Assembly (NCBI GenBank): GCA_963704725.1
Contig: OY969934.1
Location: 3,104,001 to 3,168,000, forward strand
Source: an uncultured Actinomycetes bacterium
Lineage (GTDB): Bacteria > Actinomycetota > UBA4738 > HRBIN12
DNA length: 64,000 nt
Direction: 5' to 3'
How positions within the stretch are numbered: position 1 is the stretch's first letter; every line of letters starts with the position of its first letter. The position numbers were made by a program, and so were the translations under genes. The notes below the pieces were generated by a model, which saw only the letters and a list, made by a program, of their open reading frames with translations, did no database searches and was not told the DNA's origin. Shown here piece by piece: positions 16,612 to 26,476 of this stretch.

Positions 16612-17886
16612 CTAGTCATCCGACGCCGCCCCGGCGAGCGCCGCCTCCAACACGGGGTCGTGCCCGCCGAAGTAGTCCGAGGACGTGAACGGCACCCTGA
16701 CGCCCGGCTCGACCGTCGTCCTCGGATCGCCCCGGTCGCCGAAGTGCCGCTCCGAGACGAGCGCCCGGAGGCCGGAGTTCGGCAGGGTCACGGTGGCGGG
16801 GTCGGCCCAGAAGCTCGGCGCGCCGCCGGTGTCCTCGCCGACGAGCAGGACGTTCGGCGCTCGCCGCTCGAGCAGGACCACCAGGCTCACCGCCGCGGAG
16901 AACGTCAGGCGGCCGACGAGGACGACGAGCCGGTCGACGGGTCCGCTCGCCAGGAACCGCAGCAGGTCCCGGTAGCCGCCGGCCTCCCCGCCCCCGTTGC
17001 TCCTGAGGTCGAGCACGAGCCGGTCGACCGGGCGTTCGCGCATCGCCGCGCGGATGGCCTCCACGAGCTCGGCGCTGCTCTCCTCGACGTGGTCGTAGCG
17101 CACCACGAGCGCACCCGGGGCCGGGGCGCCGATGGTGAACTCCTCGTCGAGGTCCCGGAGGAACGCGAGCCCGGGGCGTTCGGGGAGCGGCAGCTCCCAT
17201 CCGCCGACCCAGTCCGCGAACGTCTCGCCGTCGACCGCCTCCACCGCGACCACACGGCGACTCCCATCCGGCGCCTCGACCTCGAGCTCCATCGTCAGCC
17301 GATCGTGTGCGATGCCGAGGCCGGCGAGCACCTCGGCGCTCGTGAGGAACACGGTCCGCGCGGCCCGCAGGTTCGACGCGTTGTCCCTCGGCACCACCGG
17401 ATCGAGCCGATCGAGCACCTCGGCGATCGGCACGCCGTCGACGGCGACGATCCGGGAGCCCACCAGGTCCTCGTTCGGCGCCCGGGCCGCGGTCACGAAC
17501 AGCCCCTCGGGGAACTCCCAGACGCGGAGCGGGAACCGGTGGATCGCCTGCGTGTTGTCCGGGGGCCACACTCCCATGTGCCCGTCGCGACCGTTCGAGC
17601 TGATCATCGCCACGAGCCGCATGACGCCGACGAGGACCTCGTCGTCGTCCAGCTCCGGCAGACGCGCCACGAGGCCGTCCACCGCCGCCCCGAACGTCTC
17701 GCGCGACACGCCGTGGAACAGGTCGGGGTGCAGCGACTCCATCCGCTCGACGAGGTACGCGATGTCCTCGGCCCATCGGCGCTCCCTCGTCGCGACGACC
17801 GGACCCGACGGCGACCGGCGCAGGGTCGACGATCCAGGGGTGCACCCGGAGACCGCGAGGAGCAGGCAGACGCAGAGGGCCAGCAC
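16612..17886 (-). CDS. S41 peptidase-like lipoprotein
   Basis: VSGC lipobox; LHP, DGH, PDZ-like IVAVDG, LDLRSNGGG, GRLTFSAA, VGEDTGG. Confidence 0.8.
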   Translation of the reverse strand: MLALCVCLLLAVSGCTPGSSTLRRSPSGPVVATRERRWAEDIAYLVERMESLHPDLFHGVSRETFGAAVDGLVARLPELDDDEVLVGVMRLVAMISSNGRDGHMGVWPPDNTQAIHRFPLRVWEFPEGLFVTAARAPNEDLVGSRIVAVDGVPIAEVLDRLDPVVPRDNASNLRAARTVFLTSAEVLAGLGIAHDRLTMELEVEAPDGSRRVVAVEAVDGETFADWVGGWELPLPERPGLAFLRDLDEEFTIGAPAPGALVVRYDHVEESSAELVEAIRAAMRERPVDRLVLDLRSNGGGEAGGYRDLLRFLASGPVDRLVVLVGRLTFSAAVSLVVLLERRAPNVLLVGEDTGGAPSFWADPATVTLPNSGLRALVSERHFGDRGDPRTTVEPGVRVPFTSSDYFGGHDPVLEAALAGAASDD

Positions 17887-17918
17887 CCTCCGGCTCCGTC
17901 CCGTCGAGCGAGAGATCC

Positions 17919-17950
17919 TACGGATCCGTGCTATATAGCACGGATCCGTA
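17919..17950. promoter_or_regulatory. Perfect 32-bp palindrome, probable MarR operator
   Basis: TACGGATCCGTGCTATATAGCACGGATCCGTA is its own reverse complement; lies between divergent S41-like and MarR genes. Confidence 0.8.
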
Positions 17951-17980
17951 TTATCGGTTCCGCCGTGCTAGGCTCGTCCG

Positions 17981-19003
17981 GTGCCTGCGCGGCGACGCTC
18001 CCCCCAGATCGACGACTCGGCGATGTGGCGGCCGCAGCTCGGGAGTCCGACGTCGATCCTGTTCGACGTCTTCGTGCTCGGCCAGCGAACCCGTGCCCTC
18101 GTGGCCGAGGCCATGCGCGACGCCCCGCTGCCGCCGGAGGCCTACGCCGTGTACAGCGCGGTGTTCGAGAACGGACCGCTCACGCTCACGGAACTCGCAA
18201 CACAGCTCGGGATGCCGCTCACGACGGTCGCCGACGCCCTCCGGCCCATGACCGAGCGACGCCACGTCCGCCGGACGCCGCATCCGGCCGACGGGCGGGC
18301 CACGCTGCTCTCGCTCACCCCCGAGGGCCTGCGAACGCACCGCCGGGCGTCGCGCTCGTTCGAGGGCGCCTATCGCGCGCTCGTCGCCGAGCTCGGGGAC
18401 CTCGAGGAGGCGACGGCCAGGGAGGTCCTCCAGTCGCTCGCCTCGAGCGCCGAGCGCGCGCTCGGCTCCCTCCTGTCCCCCGCGGTCGGCCGCTCCGGCT
18501 TGAGTCGCCGCGCGTTGACCGGAGCCCCGGCGCCCGGAAGAATCGGCCGGTCGATCGACGGAGGGGGACCGCGTGCTGGCAACGAGCGTGTACCTGATCG
18601 TGTTCCGGGCCGTGCACATCCTCGGGGCCGTGGCCTGGGGAGGCTCTGCCTACCTGCTCGTGGTGTACGTCCAGCCGAGCGTCGCCTCGATCGCGCCCGC
18701 CGGCGCCCCCTTCATGCGCGAGCTGCTGGGACGGCGGAAGCTGATCGACGGGATCCTGTTGCTCGGCGGGATCACGGTCGTCGGCGGCCTCTTCCTGTAC
18801 TGGCACGACTGGCACGCCTACGGCGGCCTGGGGGACTTCTTGGGGAGCGCGTTCGGGCTGTCGCTGACGATCGGGGCGGTCGCGGCCATCGGGGCGCTCG
18901 CGGTCGGAGGCTCCGTCACCAAGCCGAACGCCCGGCGGATGCTGGCGCTCGGCGGCCAGATCGCGCAGGGGGGAGGCGAGCCGAGCGCGGAGCAGGCCCG
19001 TGA
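17981..19003 (+). CDS. MarR-family regulator (domain ends ~18480; frame runs on without a stop)
   Basis: GPLTLTELATQLGMPLTTV...VRRTPHPADGRATLLSLTPEG; leaderless TAGGCT-6nt-GTG. The 3' end is uncertain. Confidence 0.8.
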   Translation: MPARRRSPQIDDSAMWRPQLGSPTSILFDVFVLGQRTRALVAEAMRDAPLPPEAYAVYSAVFENGPLTLTELATQLGMPLTTVADALRPMTERRHVRRTPHPADGRATLLSLTPEGLRTHRRASRSFEGAYRALVAELGDLEEATAREVLQSLASSAERALGSLLSPAVGRSGLSRRALTGAPAPGRIGRSIDGGGPRAGNERVPDRVPGRAHPRGRGLGRLCLPARGVRPAERRLDRARRRPLHARAAGTAEADRRDPVARRDHGRRRPLPVLARLARLRRPGGLLGERVRAVADDRGGRGHRGARGRRLRHQAERPADAGARRPDRAGGRRAERGAGP

Positions 19004-19103
19004 GCTCCAGGCCATCCAGGGCCGGCTGAAGGCCGCGGCCCGGACGAGCCTCGTGCTCATCGTGATCGCCGCGTTCGAGATGGCGACCGCTCGGTACTGG
19101 TGA
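18573..19103 (+). CDS. Four-TM membrane protein (DUF2269/CopD-like)
   Basis: GGAGGGG RBS; RAVHILGAVAWGG; 4 hydrophobic helices; ends MATARYW. Confidence 0.8.
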   Translation: MLATSVYLIVFRAVHILGAVAWGGSAYLLVVYVQPSVASIAPAGAPFMRELLGRRKLIDGILLLGGITVVGGLFLYWHDWHAYGGLGDFLGSAFGLSLTIGAVAAIGALAVGGSVTKPNARRMLALGGQIAQGGGEPSAEQARELQAIQGRLKAAARTSLVLIVIAAFEMATARYW

Positions 19104-19301
19104 GGGCGGGATCGCCTCAGTCAATACGCGGTTCGGGGTGACCGGACGCAGAAATCGTGCGCACGACACCGTATTGATTCTGGCGTGGCAAACCCGGTTA
19201 CCTGACTCGTTGCCATCGACGCGGCCCCATCGAGTCGAGGAGGTGACGCCCCAGGGGGCGCCGCGTTCCGGACCCTTCGCACGTGATCGGGGGTAAGGCA
19301 G

Positions 19302-21188
19302 ATGCGACGACGAAGGCTCGCCATCGCGACGTCGGTATGCGGAGTCCTGGCGCTGGCCGTGGGAGGCATCCTGCAATCGGCCGCCGGGGATACGCTCGAC
19401 GCTTCGAACCGCTTCGCGCCGTCCGGCGTGGTGTCCGTGGATCCCTTCTCGACCTCACCGCTCCGGCCAACGGGCGCGGCGGCGGCCGCTGCGAGCGCCG
19501 CCGGCGCCGTCCAGGCGACGACGTCCGGCGGCTGTGTCGACTCGGGCAACAACGTCCGCGTCAACCAGGAATGCACGAACCAGAGCGCCGCGGGCTTCAT
19601 CGGACGCGGCCAGTCCCAGAACGAGACCGCGGTCGCGGTGAACCCGCTGAACCCGCGGAACGTCCTCGCCAGCCAGAACGACTACCGGCGGGGCGACGGC
19701 ACGTGCGGCGTCGACTGGAGCATGGACGGCGGGAAGCACTGGGGGAGCTCGCTCGCCCCGGCAGGCTTCACGCCGGGCTTCACGAACCCCCGGCACAACT
19801 GGCAGGCCGGTGGGGACACCTCGGTCGGGTTCGACACGTCCGGCGCGGCCTACCTCATGTGCCAGGTCTTCGACCGTGGCGCGGTCGCCGACGGCGGGAC
19901 CGGCGCGTTCGGCCCGAGCGGGTTCCTCCTGTTCCGCTCGGTCGACGGGGGTGCCTCGTGGAGCTTCCCCGGCAGCCCGGTGAAGACGAGCGACGCCACC
20001 GGCGCCGACGGCATCGGTCTCCTCGACAAGGTGTACATGACGATCGACGCCTCGTCGGACAGCCCGTACGCCGACCGGATCTACGTGACCTGGTCCGAGT
20101 ACAGCACCGACTTCTCGGCGGACCCGATCACGCTCGCCTACTCCGACGACCACGGCGTGACCTGGCACCAGTCGGGCGCGGTCAGCGGCCCCTCGACGGA
20201 CCTGTGCCCGGTCAACTTCTCCGGCGCGCCGGCCGGGACCTGCGACGCCAACCAGTTCTCGGTCCCGTTCACCGCACCCAACGGGGACGTCTACGTGGTG
20301 TTCCAGAACTTCAACAACTGCTCGGGCGCGTTCGGCGCTCCCTGCACGGGCGACCCGAACGACAACCACAACCAGATGCTGATCGTGAAGTCGACGGACG
20401 GCGGGGCCACGTTCGGCGAGCCCGTCAAGGTGACGGACTTCTACGACCTGCCCGACTGCTTCACCTACACCGGCTCCGACTTCGGGCGGGCGTGCGTCCC
20501 GACGGCGCCGCTCTCAGGCGTGAGCGTGTTCCGCGCCACGAACTACCCGAGCCCGGCCGCGGTCTCGGACTCGGAGATCGTCATCGACTTCGGCAGCTAC
20601 ATCAACCAGCACTCGAACCCCACGCTCGGGAACTGCTCGCCCGCAGGGTTGAGCGGTGACACGTTCCTGAACCTGTACGACGGGGTGGGTGAGATCAACG
20701 GGTGCAACAACGACATCGTTCGGAGCGTCTCGACGGATGGGGGCGCGACCTTCACCGGGACGAGCACCGACGTGTCCGAGCTGCCCTCCGTGAACGACGA
20801 GGGCGCCCAGCTGGCCGACCAATGGTGGCAGTGGTCGGCGTCGACCCCGAAGGGGAAGGTCGCCACCATGTACTACGACCGCAAGTACGGAGACGACATG
20901 GCCACGGGGTTCATGGACATCTCCATGTTCCGGGGCTCCGGCGCACCCGTCCGGGTGACGAACGCCAGCTTCCCGTCGTCGAACGAGTTCCCCGACGCGA
21001 ACGGCGCCTCGACGTTCATGGGGGACTACTCGGGGCTCGCCGTCGGATCCGACGGGCGGGCGCATCCCGTGTGGACGGATGCGCGCAACCCGATCTTCTC
21101 CTTCAGCACGGCTCCCGGCGACGACGCCCGCGTGCTGATCCCGGTCGGGTTCGGGAGCGACATCTACACGGCGTCGATCAAGACCTGA
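19302..21188 (+). CDS. Secreted sialidase-like/BNR (Asp-box) beta-propeller protein
   Basis: Signal peptide; QNETAVAVNP; Asp-boxes SMDGGKHW, SVDGGASW, SDDHGVTW, STDGGATF x2; FMGDYSGL. Confidence 0.88.
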   Translation: MRRRRLAIATSVCGVLALAVGGILQSAAGDTLDASNRFAPSGVVSVDPFSTSPLRPTGAAAAAASAAGAVQATTSGGCVDSGNNVRVNQECTNQSAAGFIGRGQSQNETAVAVNPLNPRNVLASQNDYRRGDGTCGVDWSMDGGKHWGSSLAPAGFTPGFTNPRHNWQAGGDTSVGFDTSGAAYLMCQVFDRGAVADGGTGAFGPSGFLLFRSVDGGASWSFPGSPVKTSDATGADGIGLLDKVYMTIDASSDSPYADRIYVTWSEYSTDFSADPITLAYSDDHGVTWHQSGAVSGPSTDLCPVNFSGAPAGTCDANQFSVPFTAPNGDVYVVFQNFNNCSGAFGAPCTGDPNDNHNQMLIVKSTDGGATFGEPVKVTDFYDLPDCFTYTGSDFGRACVPTAPLSGVSVFRATNYPSPAAVSDSEIVIDFGSYINQHSNPTLGNCSPAGLSGDTFLNLYDGVGEINGCNNDIVRSVSTDGGATFTGTSTDVSELPSVNDEGAQLADQWWQWSASTPKGKVATMYYDRKYGDDMATGFMDISMFRGSGAPVRVTNASFPSSNEFPDANGASTFMGDYSGLAVGSDGRAHPVWTDARNPIFSFSTAPGDDARVLIPVGFGSDIYTASIKT

Positions 21189-21214
21189 GGCGGTCCAGAC
21201 CCGACGCGACGCGA

Positions 21215-21244
21215 GGTGAGGGGCCGGGCGACCGGCCCCTCACC
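21215..21244 (+). terminator. Hairpin (13-bp stem, GCGA loop) after the BNR gene
   Basis: GGTGAGGGGCCGG-GCGA-CCGGCCCCTCACC; no U tract. Confidence 0.65.
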
Positions 21245-21397
21245 GCGACCGGCCCGTGATCAGGACCATGCGACCGCTGAGCTTCACGGCTCCCTCACCC
21301 CTCGCTGCGCCCGACGACGGTCTCGAACCCGACCGGAACCGTGGCTCTCGCTCCGGCACCGGCCGGTATCCGACGCGTCGACTGCTAGCGTGGATCG

Positions 21398-21886
21398 GTG
21401 ACCCGCCGGGGCCGCCACAGCGCGGCGACGTTTCGGCGCCGGCGCATCGTGGCCGCGGCGGCCGTCCTCGGCGTCGCCGGGGCCGCGGTCGCGGGGTTCC
21501 TCCTGGTGCGCAACCGCGGCGCGGAGCGCGTGTGCTCGCGGCCCGAGGAGCTGCGCACGCGCGGCGCCGTCACGCTGATCCCGGAGGCGATGGACGCGTT
21601 CCTCGAGGCGGAGAACGCCGTGGGACGACCGATCGACGTCGTCGAGAGCTACCGCTCGTGCCGGGAGCAGGCGCTGGCGTGCGAGCGGATCTGCGGCTCG
21701 CGCCACGGGTGCCCCGGGACCTGCGCACCGCCCGGGCTGTCGTGGCACCAGCGCGCCGAGGCCATCGACGTCACGCAGGAGATGGTCGACGCGCCGGGGG
21801 TCGTCGCGGCGCTGGAGGACGCGGGCTGGTGCCAGGCGGTCCCGGACAGCGACCCCGGCCACTTCTCCTTCGACGGCTGTCACTGA
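21398..21886 (+). CDS. M15/VanY-like D,D-carboxypeptidase, membrane anchored
   Basis: SYRS..EQ, APPGLSWHQRAEAID (SxH-x6-D), DPGHF; N-terminal TM. Confidence 0.82.
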   Translation: MTRRGRHSAATFRRRRIVAAAAVLGVAGAAVAGFLLVRNRGAERVCSRPEELRTRGAVTLIPEAMDAFLEAENAVGRPIDVVESYRSCREQALACERICGSRHGCPGTCAPPGLSWHQRAEAIDVTQEMVDAPGVVAALEDAGWCQAVPDSDPGHFSFDGCH

Positions 21887-21920
21887 GCGCGGGCGAGCGG
21901 CCCCGGCGTAGAGTGCGGCG

Positions 21921-22298
21921 ATGGACGCCGACGCCGTGCGGGCCTGGGTGGACGGCTATCGCGCCGTGTGGGAGTCCAACGAGCCCGAGGCGATCGGCGC
22001 GCTGTTCACCGAGGACGCTCGCTACCTGACCGAGCCGTACGCCGAGCCGTGGCGGGGCCGCCAGGCCATCGTGGCGCACTGGCTCGAGGCCAAGGACGCA
22101 CCGGGGCAGACCGAGTTCCGCTACGAGGTCATGGCGCTCGCCGGGGACCTCGCGTTCGTCCGGGGGTGGACGACCTACCTCGACCCGCCCAAGCGCGAGT
22201 ACAGCAACCTGTGGATCATCCGCCTCGACGGGGACGGACGGTGCGAGGCGTTCACCGAGTGGTGGATGAAGCACCGCACGCCCGCGAGCCCGTCCTGA
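21921..22298 (+). CDS. SnoaL/NTF2-like protein
   Basis: WVDGY..WESN, LFTEDA.Y, GRQAIVAHW, YSNLWII, FTEWW. Confidence 0.88.
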   Translation: MDADAVRAWVDGYRAVWESNEPEAIGALFTEDARYLTEPYAEPWRGRQAIVAHWLEAKDAPGQTEFRYEVMALAGDLAFVRGWTTYLDPPKREYSNLWIIRLDGDGRCEAFTEWWMKHRTPASPS

Positions 22299-22313
22299 GC
22301 GGCGACCGCAGCT

Positions 22314-23378
22314 TCAGCTCGACGAGACGGAGCGCCCCGCCGGCGCGGTCTTCGGCTTCGCCCGGCGGTTGGCCTTCGCCGTCGACGGCGGCGTCGCCGG
22401 GGCCGAGGCTCGGGACGCGCCGCGGCGCGACGGGATGCGCGGGACGCGGGCCGGGGCGACCTCGGTGCGCAGGTCGTCCCAGAACGCCGCCAGGATCAGG
22501 CCGAGCGAGCCGACCGGCGCGAGCGCGGGGGTGAGCCGCCGGAGCCCACGCGACACCCGGCCGAGCTCCCGGCCGCGAAGAACGAGGACGTCCTCGAGCA
22601 GCTCCCAGGTCTCCAGACACCGGCCGGTCTCGTCCTCGTCCTCGGACTCGGGCACGCCGAGCCACCGGGCCCGCGCCCACGTCATGAGCCGGGGGTCGAG
22701 GTCGGGCACGAGATCGGGGAGCGTGGCGAACACGGTCTTCGACACCCGGGCCACGCCGAACTCCCGCACCCAGGCCGCCGACAGGAAGGCGTCGATCCAC
22801 GCCCGGCGCTCGGCGCTGCCGGCGGGAGCGGAGCGTGGAGCCGAGGCGATCAGGGCGTCCGCGGACGACGCTGCCCCGTCCATGAATCGCTCCACCAGCT
22901 CGAGGTCCCAGCCGGCGCCCAGGTGGTTCGCCCGCCACAGGTGAACCGGGGTGATCGTCGGCGACGAGGGCCAGAGCTTGCCGCGGAAGAAGTCCCGGTG
23001 GGGCGAGGCCGTGAGGTATCGCAGGTAGACCGCCCCGGGATCCTCCAGCCGGCGGACGCCGATCCTGACCGTCGCCGGCTGCGCGGCGCTGGCCGGAAGG
23101 GGATCGGGAGGCGGCTCGACCGCCACCACGAGCTTCGTCACGGTCGCGAGCGGCGGCCCCGGATCCTCGGCCTCGACCTTCGGGACCGGCTCGGGGTCCG
23201 GCTCGGGGTCCGAGCTCGACTCCCCGGCGATGGGGTCCGTCCCGTCACGCTCGCCGCTCGCATGCCGAGCCAGGAGCGCGTACCAGCTCTGCTCGTACGC
23301 CTCGGTGCAGGTCGGGTCGTGCCCGGCGTCGTCAGCCCCGCGGCCCCGGCGGCGATCTCGGCTCCGTGCGGTCGGCAT
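22314..23378 (-). CDS. Hypothetical protein, weak DUF6308-like core; start uncertain
   Basis: Long ORF; GVARVSKTVFATLPDLVPDLD loosely resembles the DUF6308 motif; low-complexity termini. Confidence 0.55.
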   Translation of the reverse strand: MPTARSRDRRRGRGADDAGHDPTCTEAYEQSWYALLARHASGERDGTDPIAGESSSDPEPDPEPVPKVEAEDPGPPLATVTKLVVAVEPPPDPLPASAAQPATVRIGVRRLEDPGAVYLRYLTASPHRDFFRGKLWPSSPTITPVHLWRANHLGAGWDLELVERFMDGAASSADALIASAPRSAPAGSAERRAWIDAFLSAAWVREFGVARVSKTVFATLPDLVPDLDPRLMTWARARWLGVPESEDEDETGRCLETWELLEDVLVLRGRELGRVSRGLRRLTPALAPVGSLGLILAAFWDDLRTEVAPARVPRIPSRRGASRASAPATPPSTAKANRRAKPKTAPAGRSVSSS

Positions 23379-23740
23379 TCCCTCGTTCCCACGCAAGGTT
23401 GGACGGCACGCGCCGTCCTCGTCTCCCATCGGCCGGGATCGGCCGTGGCTGAAGAGGGCGATCACCGCGATCGCTCGGCTCGCCACGACTCGAGCACCGG
23501 CCCCTCGCGTGCCCTGAGCTCGACCGACCCGCATCCGCCGGGCGGGTCCTTCGGCAGGCGGCTCGATGGGGGACGCCTGCGGTCCGAGCGCACCTCCGTG
23601 CGTGGCGAGGCGTGGTCGCGATCACGAGAAGGCCATTAGGCCGTTCTGACCAGGCATTTCTCAACCGCGGAACCGCTCAACCGCGGCCCCCGAACGGCCG
23701 ACTGTGGGGGGTGAGGGTGCGAGGAGGTTCTGACCCCTCG

Positions 23741-25432
23741 ATGACCGCCACGTCCGTCTCGACCGGCGACCGGCTCGCCGGGCTCACCCGAGCCCGGCGG
23801 TCGAGCGCTTCCCACCCCACCCGGCCGGCCTATCTGTACCTCGCCACGGCAAGCGTGCTCTCCGCCTTCTACTTCGTGCTCCACGGGCAGGGGCGCGAGA
23901 TCGTGTACGAGGTGGTCTCCGCCAGCTCCGTGGCGGCCATCGCGATCGGGACCCTGCGGTTCCGTCCGCAGCCGAGTCTGCCCTGGTGGCTCCTGGCCGG
24001 CGGGATGACGATGTGGTTCATCGGCGACGTCCTGTGGTCCTGGTACCCGTACTTCACCGGTCGCGACCTCGTCATTCCCTCCGCCGCCGACGTCTCCTAC
24101 CTGCTCGGCTACCCCCTGCTGCTGGTCTCGATCGGCATGATCGTGCGGACCCGTCGTCCCGCGCTTCGCCGGAGCGGGTGGATCGACTCCGCCATCGTCG
24201 CCGTGGTGTTCGCGCTCATGGTCTGGCAGGTCGCGCTCCAGGAGGCCGTCGCGAACGGCGTGACCATGGGCGAGGCGGTGAACATCGTCTACCCGCTGGC
24301 GGACACGATCCTCGTCGGGTTCCTCGCCAGGCTCCTGTTCGCGCCCGGGCACCGCACGCCCGCCTACGCCTCGGTGGTGACCGCCATCTGCCTCGTCCTC
24401 GTCGCCGACATCGCCTACGCCTACGTCGTCGCCACCGACTCGTGGGGGATCTACGACGCGCTCAACGCCGGCTGGCTCGCCGGGTACGTGCTCCTCGGCG
24501 CCGCGGCCCTGCATCCGTCCATGGTCACGATCGCCGAGGCCCCCGAACGGATGGAGCAACCCCTCTCTCGCCGGCGGACCCTCGTGCTCGCGATCGTGGC
24601 CTCGCTCCCGGTGGCTCAGATGATCTTCGGCTCGTGGCTCGGCCTGCCCGACTCGCGCGTCGCAACGGCGATCGGCATGGTGCTCGTCCTCGGCATGGTC
24701 TTCTACCGGCTCTCCTCGCTGATCGGCTCGATCGAGCGACAGACCGCGGAGCTGACCGGGCTCCACCACGATCGCGGGCTCGTCCTCGACGAGATCACGC
24801 GCGCCATCGAGGACGAGCGGATGCGCCTGGCCGCCGAGCTGCACGACGGGCCGATCCAGCGCGTCACGAGCCTCGGCATGCGCGCGTACATGGGGATGCG
24901 GAAGCTCCGATCGGGCGACCAGGGAGCCGCCGCGAAGATCCTCGAGGAGATCGAGGAGGACCTCGGCCGCGAGGTGCAGGGGCTGAGGGCACTCATGACG
25001 CAGCTCCGGCCCCCGGTGCTGTCCGAGCGCGGGCTCGTCGACGCGCTGCGCGACCACGCCGACGCGATCTCCTCGGAGCGGGGGATCGGCGTGATGGTGG
25101 AGGGACAGATCGTCGGCCGCCTGAACGCGGAGGTGGAGACGGGCCTGTACCGCATCGCCCAGGAGGCCCTGATGAACGCGTGCCGGCACTCGGGGGCGCA
25201 GAGGATCGACGTCCGCGTCGAGCCTGCCGGTGGACGCATCCGGCTCATGGTTCACGACAACGGAGTGGGGTTCGACACGAGGACGAAGCTCGGTCACGAC
25301 GGCGGCATGCACTTCGGCCTGCTGGCGATGCGGGAGCGAGCAGCGATGCTGCACGGTTCGCTCACCATCGCGTCGGTTCGCGGGCAGGGAACCACGCTGG
25401 TCGCCGACGTTCCGCTCGAGGAGGAGCCGTGA
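23741..25432 (+). CDS. Multi-TM sensor histidine kinase (HisKA_3, NarX/DegS type)
   Basis: About 9 TM helices; ERMRLAAELHD, LYRIAQEALMNACRHS, HDNGVGF, FGLLAMRERA, GTTL. Confidence 0.92.
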   Translation: MTATSVSTGDRLAGLTRARRSSASHPTRPAYLYLATASVLSAFYFVLHGQGREIVYEVVSASSVAAIAIGTLRFRPQPSLPWWLLAGGMTMWFIGDVLWSWYPYFTGRDLVIPSAADVSYLLGYPLLLVSIGMIVRTRRPALRRSGWIDSAIVAVVFALMVWQVALQEAVANGVTMGEAVNIVYPLADTILVGFLARLLFAPGHRTPAYASVVTAICLVLVADIAYAYVVATDSWGIYDALNAGWLAGYVLLGAAALHPSMVTIAEAPERMEQPLSRRRTLVLAIVASLPVAQMIFGSWLGLPDSRVATAIGMVLVLGMVFYRLSSLIGSIERQTAELTGLHHDRGLVLDEITRAIEDERMRLAAELHDGPIQRVTSLGMRAYMGMRKLRSGDQGAAAKILEEIEEDLGREVQGLRALMTQLRPPVLSERGLVDALRDHADAISSERGIGVMVEGQIVGRLNAEVETGLYRIAQEALMNACRHSGAQRIDVRVEPAGGRIRLMVHDNGVGFDTRTKLGHDGGMHFGLLAMRERAAMLHGSLTIASVRGQGTTLVADVPLEEEP

Positions 25433-25833
25433 TCACGCCCGTCGCCGAACCAACGCGGGCGGCGCCGAGCGTCGTCGTCGTGGACGACGACGCGTCGATG
25501 CGAGACGCCATCCGAGAGCTCCTGGAGGAGCTGGGCTTCGCGGTCGTCGGGCTCGCCGGCGACGGGAGCACCGCCGTGGCGGTGGTCGCCGACGCGCGGC
25601 CGGACGTCGTCCTCATGGACGTGCGCATGCCGAAGATGGACGGGCTGGAGGCGACGCGCCAGATCCGTGTGATGCGCCCCGCGGTCCAGGTCGTGCTGCT
25701 GTCCGCCTACGACGACCTCACGTTCAGGCGGGCCGCCGAGGAGGTCGGCGCCTGCTCCTTCCTGGCCAAGGGGTGCAGCCCCGACATGCTCGAACGCACC
25801 CTGCGTGCGGCCGCGGCGAAGGGGCCGGGCTAG
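25429..25833 (+). CDS. Single-domain response regulator (receiver only)
   Basis: VVVDDD, PDVVLMDVRMPKMDG, LSAY, FLAK; GTGA overlap with the kinase stop; no output domain. Confidence 0.9.
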   Translation: MITPVAEPTRAAPSVVVVDDDASMRDAIRELLEELGFAVVGLAGDGSTAVAVVADARPDVVLMDVRMPKMDGLEATRQIRVMRPAVQVVLLSAYDDLTFRRAAEEVGACSFLAKGCSPDMLERTLRAAAAKGPG

Positions 25834-25884
25834 GTCCCGACGAGCCACGCCGTTCAGACCGCTTTCTGGAATGATCGCGGCCCG

Positions 25885-26424
25885 ATGCGCCCTCCACACC
25901 CCACGGCCGTCCGGCTGGAGCCACTCACCGCCGCGCACGTCGGGACGCTCGACGAGCTGACCCGCGACCCCGCCGTCCAGCGCTTCACCAGCGTCCCCCA
26001 GCCGCCGCCTCCGGGCTATGCAGCCGAGTGGCTCTCCCGCTATGTGGGGGGACGGCGCGACGGGACCCAGGAGGCGTTCGCGGTCGTCGAGGCGGACGGC
26101 GACGCGGTGCTCGGCATCGGCGTGGCGGTGGCGATCGACCGTCCCGGCCGGGTCGTCGAGCTCGGGTACTCGGTCCTGCCGTCCGCCCGGGGCCGTGGCG
26201 TGGCCACGGAGACGCTGCGGCAACTGACGGTGTGGGCGCTCTCGGAGCTCGGCGCCGTCCGGCTCGAGCTCCGCATCGACCCCCGCAACGAGTCGTCGAA
26301 GCGCGTCGCGGAGCGATGCGGCTACGCCCTCGAGGGCGTCCTTCGATCGATGCCCCTGAAGCCGGGCCGGTGGGGCGACCTCGAGGTCTGGTCGCGCCTC
26401 GCGTCCGACGTCCGCAGCGGATGA
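25885..26424 (+). CDS. GNAT acetyltransferase (RimJ/RimL type)
   Basis: ELGY, ARGRGVAT, NESSKRVAERCGYALEG. Confidence 0.9.
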   Translation: MRPPHPTAVRLEPLTAAHVGTLDELTRDPAVQRFTSVPQPPPPGYAAEWLSRYVGGRRDGTQEAFAVVEADGDAVLGIGVAVAIDRPGRVVELGYSVLPSARGRGVATETLRQLTVWALSELGAVRLELRIDPRNESSKRVAERCGYALEGVLRSMPLKPGRWGDLEVWSRLASDVRSG

Positions 26425-26476
26425 AGGACGGCCGTGAGGACCGCCGCGCGTCGGTCCCATCGGCGACGATGCAGGC

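Noticed and set aside
14794-18597. 1267-aa plus-strand ORF and other long ORFs (12188-14824, 49136-52048, 53389-55992)
   Set aside because: Antisense or off-frame shadows of clear genes; Arg/Pro/Gly-rich with no motifs, as expected in high-GC DNA.
19186-19270. GGCAAAC-containing hairpin resembling a c-di-GMP-I riboswitch
   Set aside because: Lacks the GNRA loop/receptor and the GACGCAAAGC core; only a generic stem is visible.
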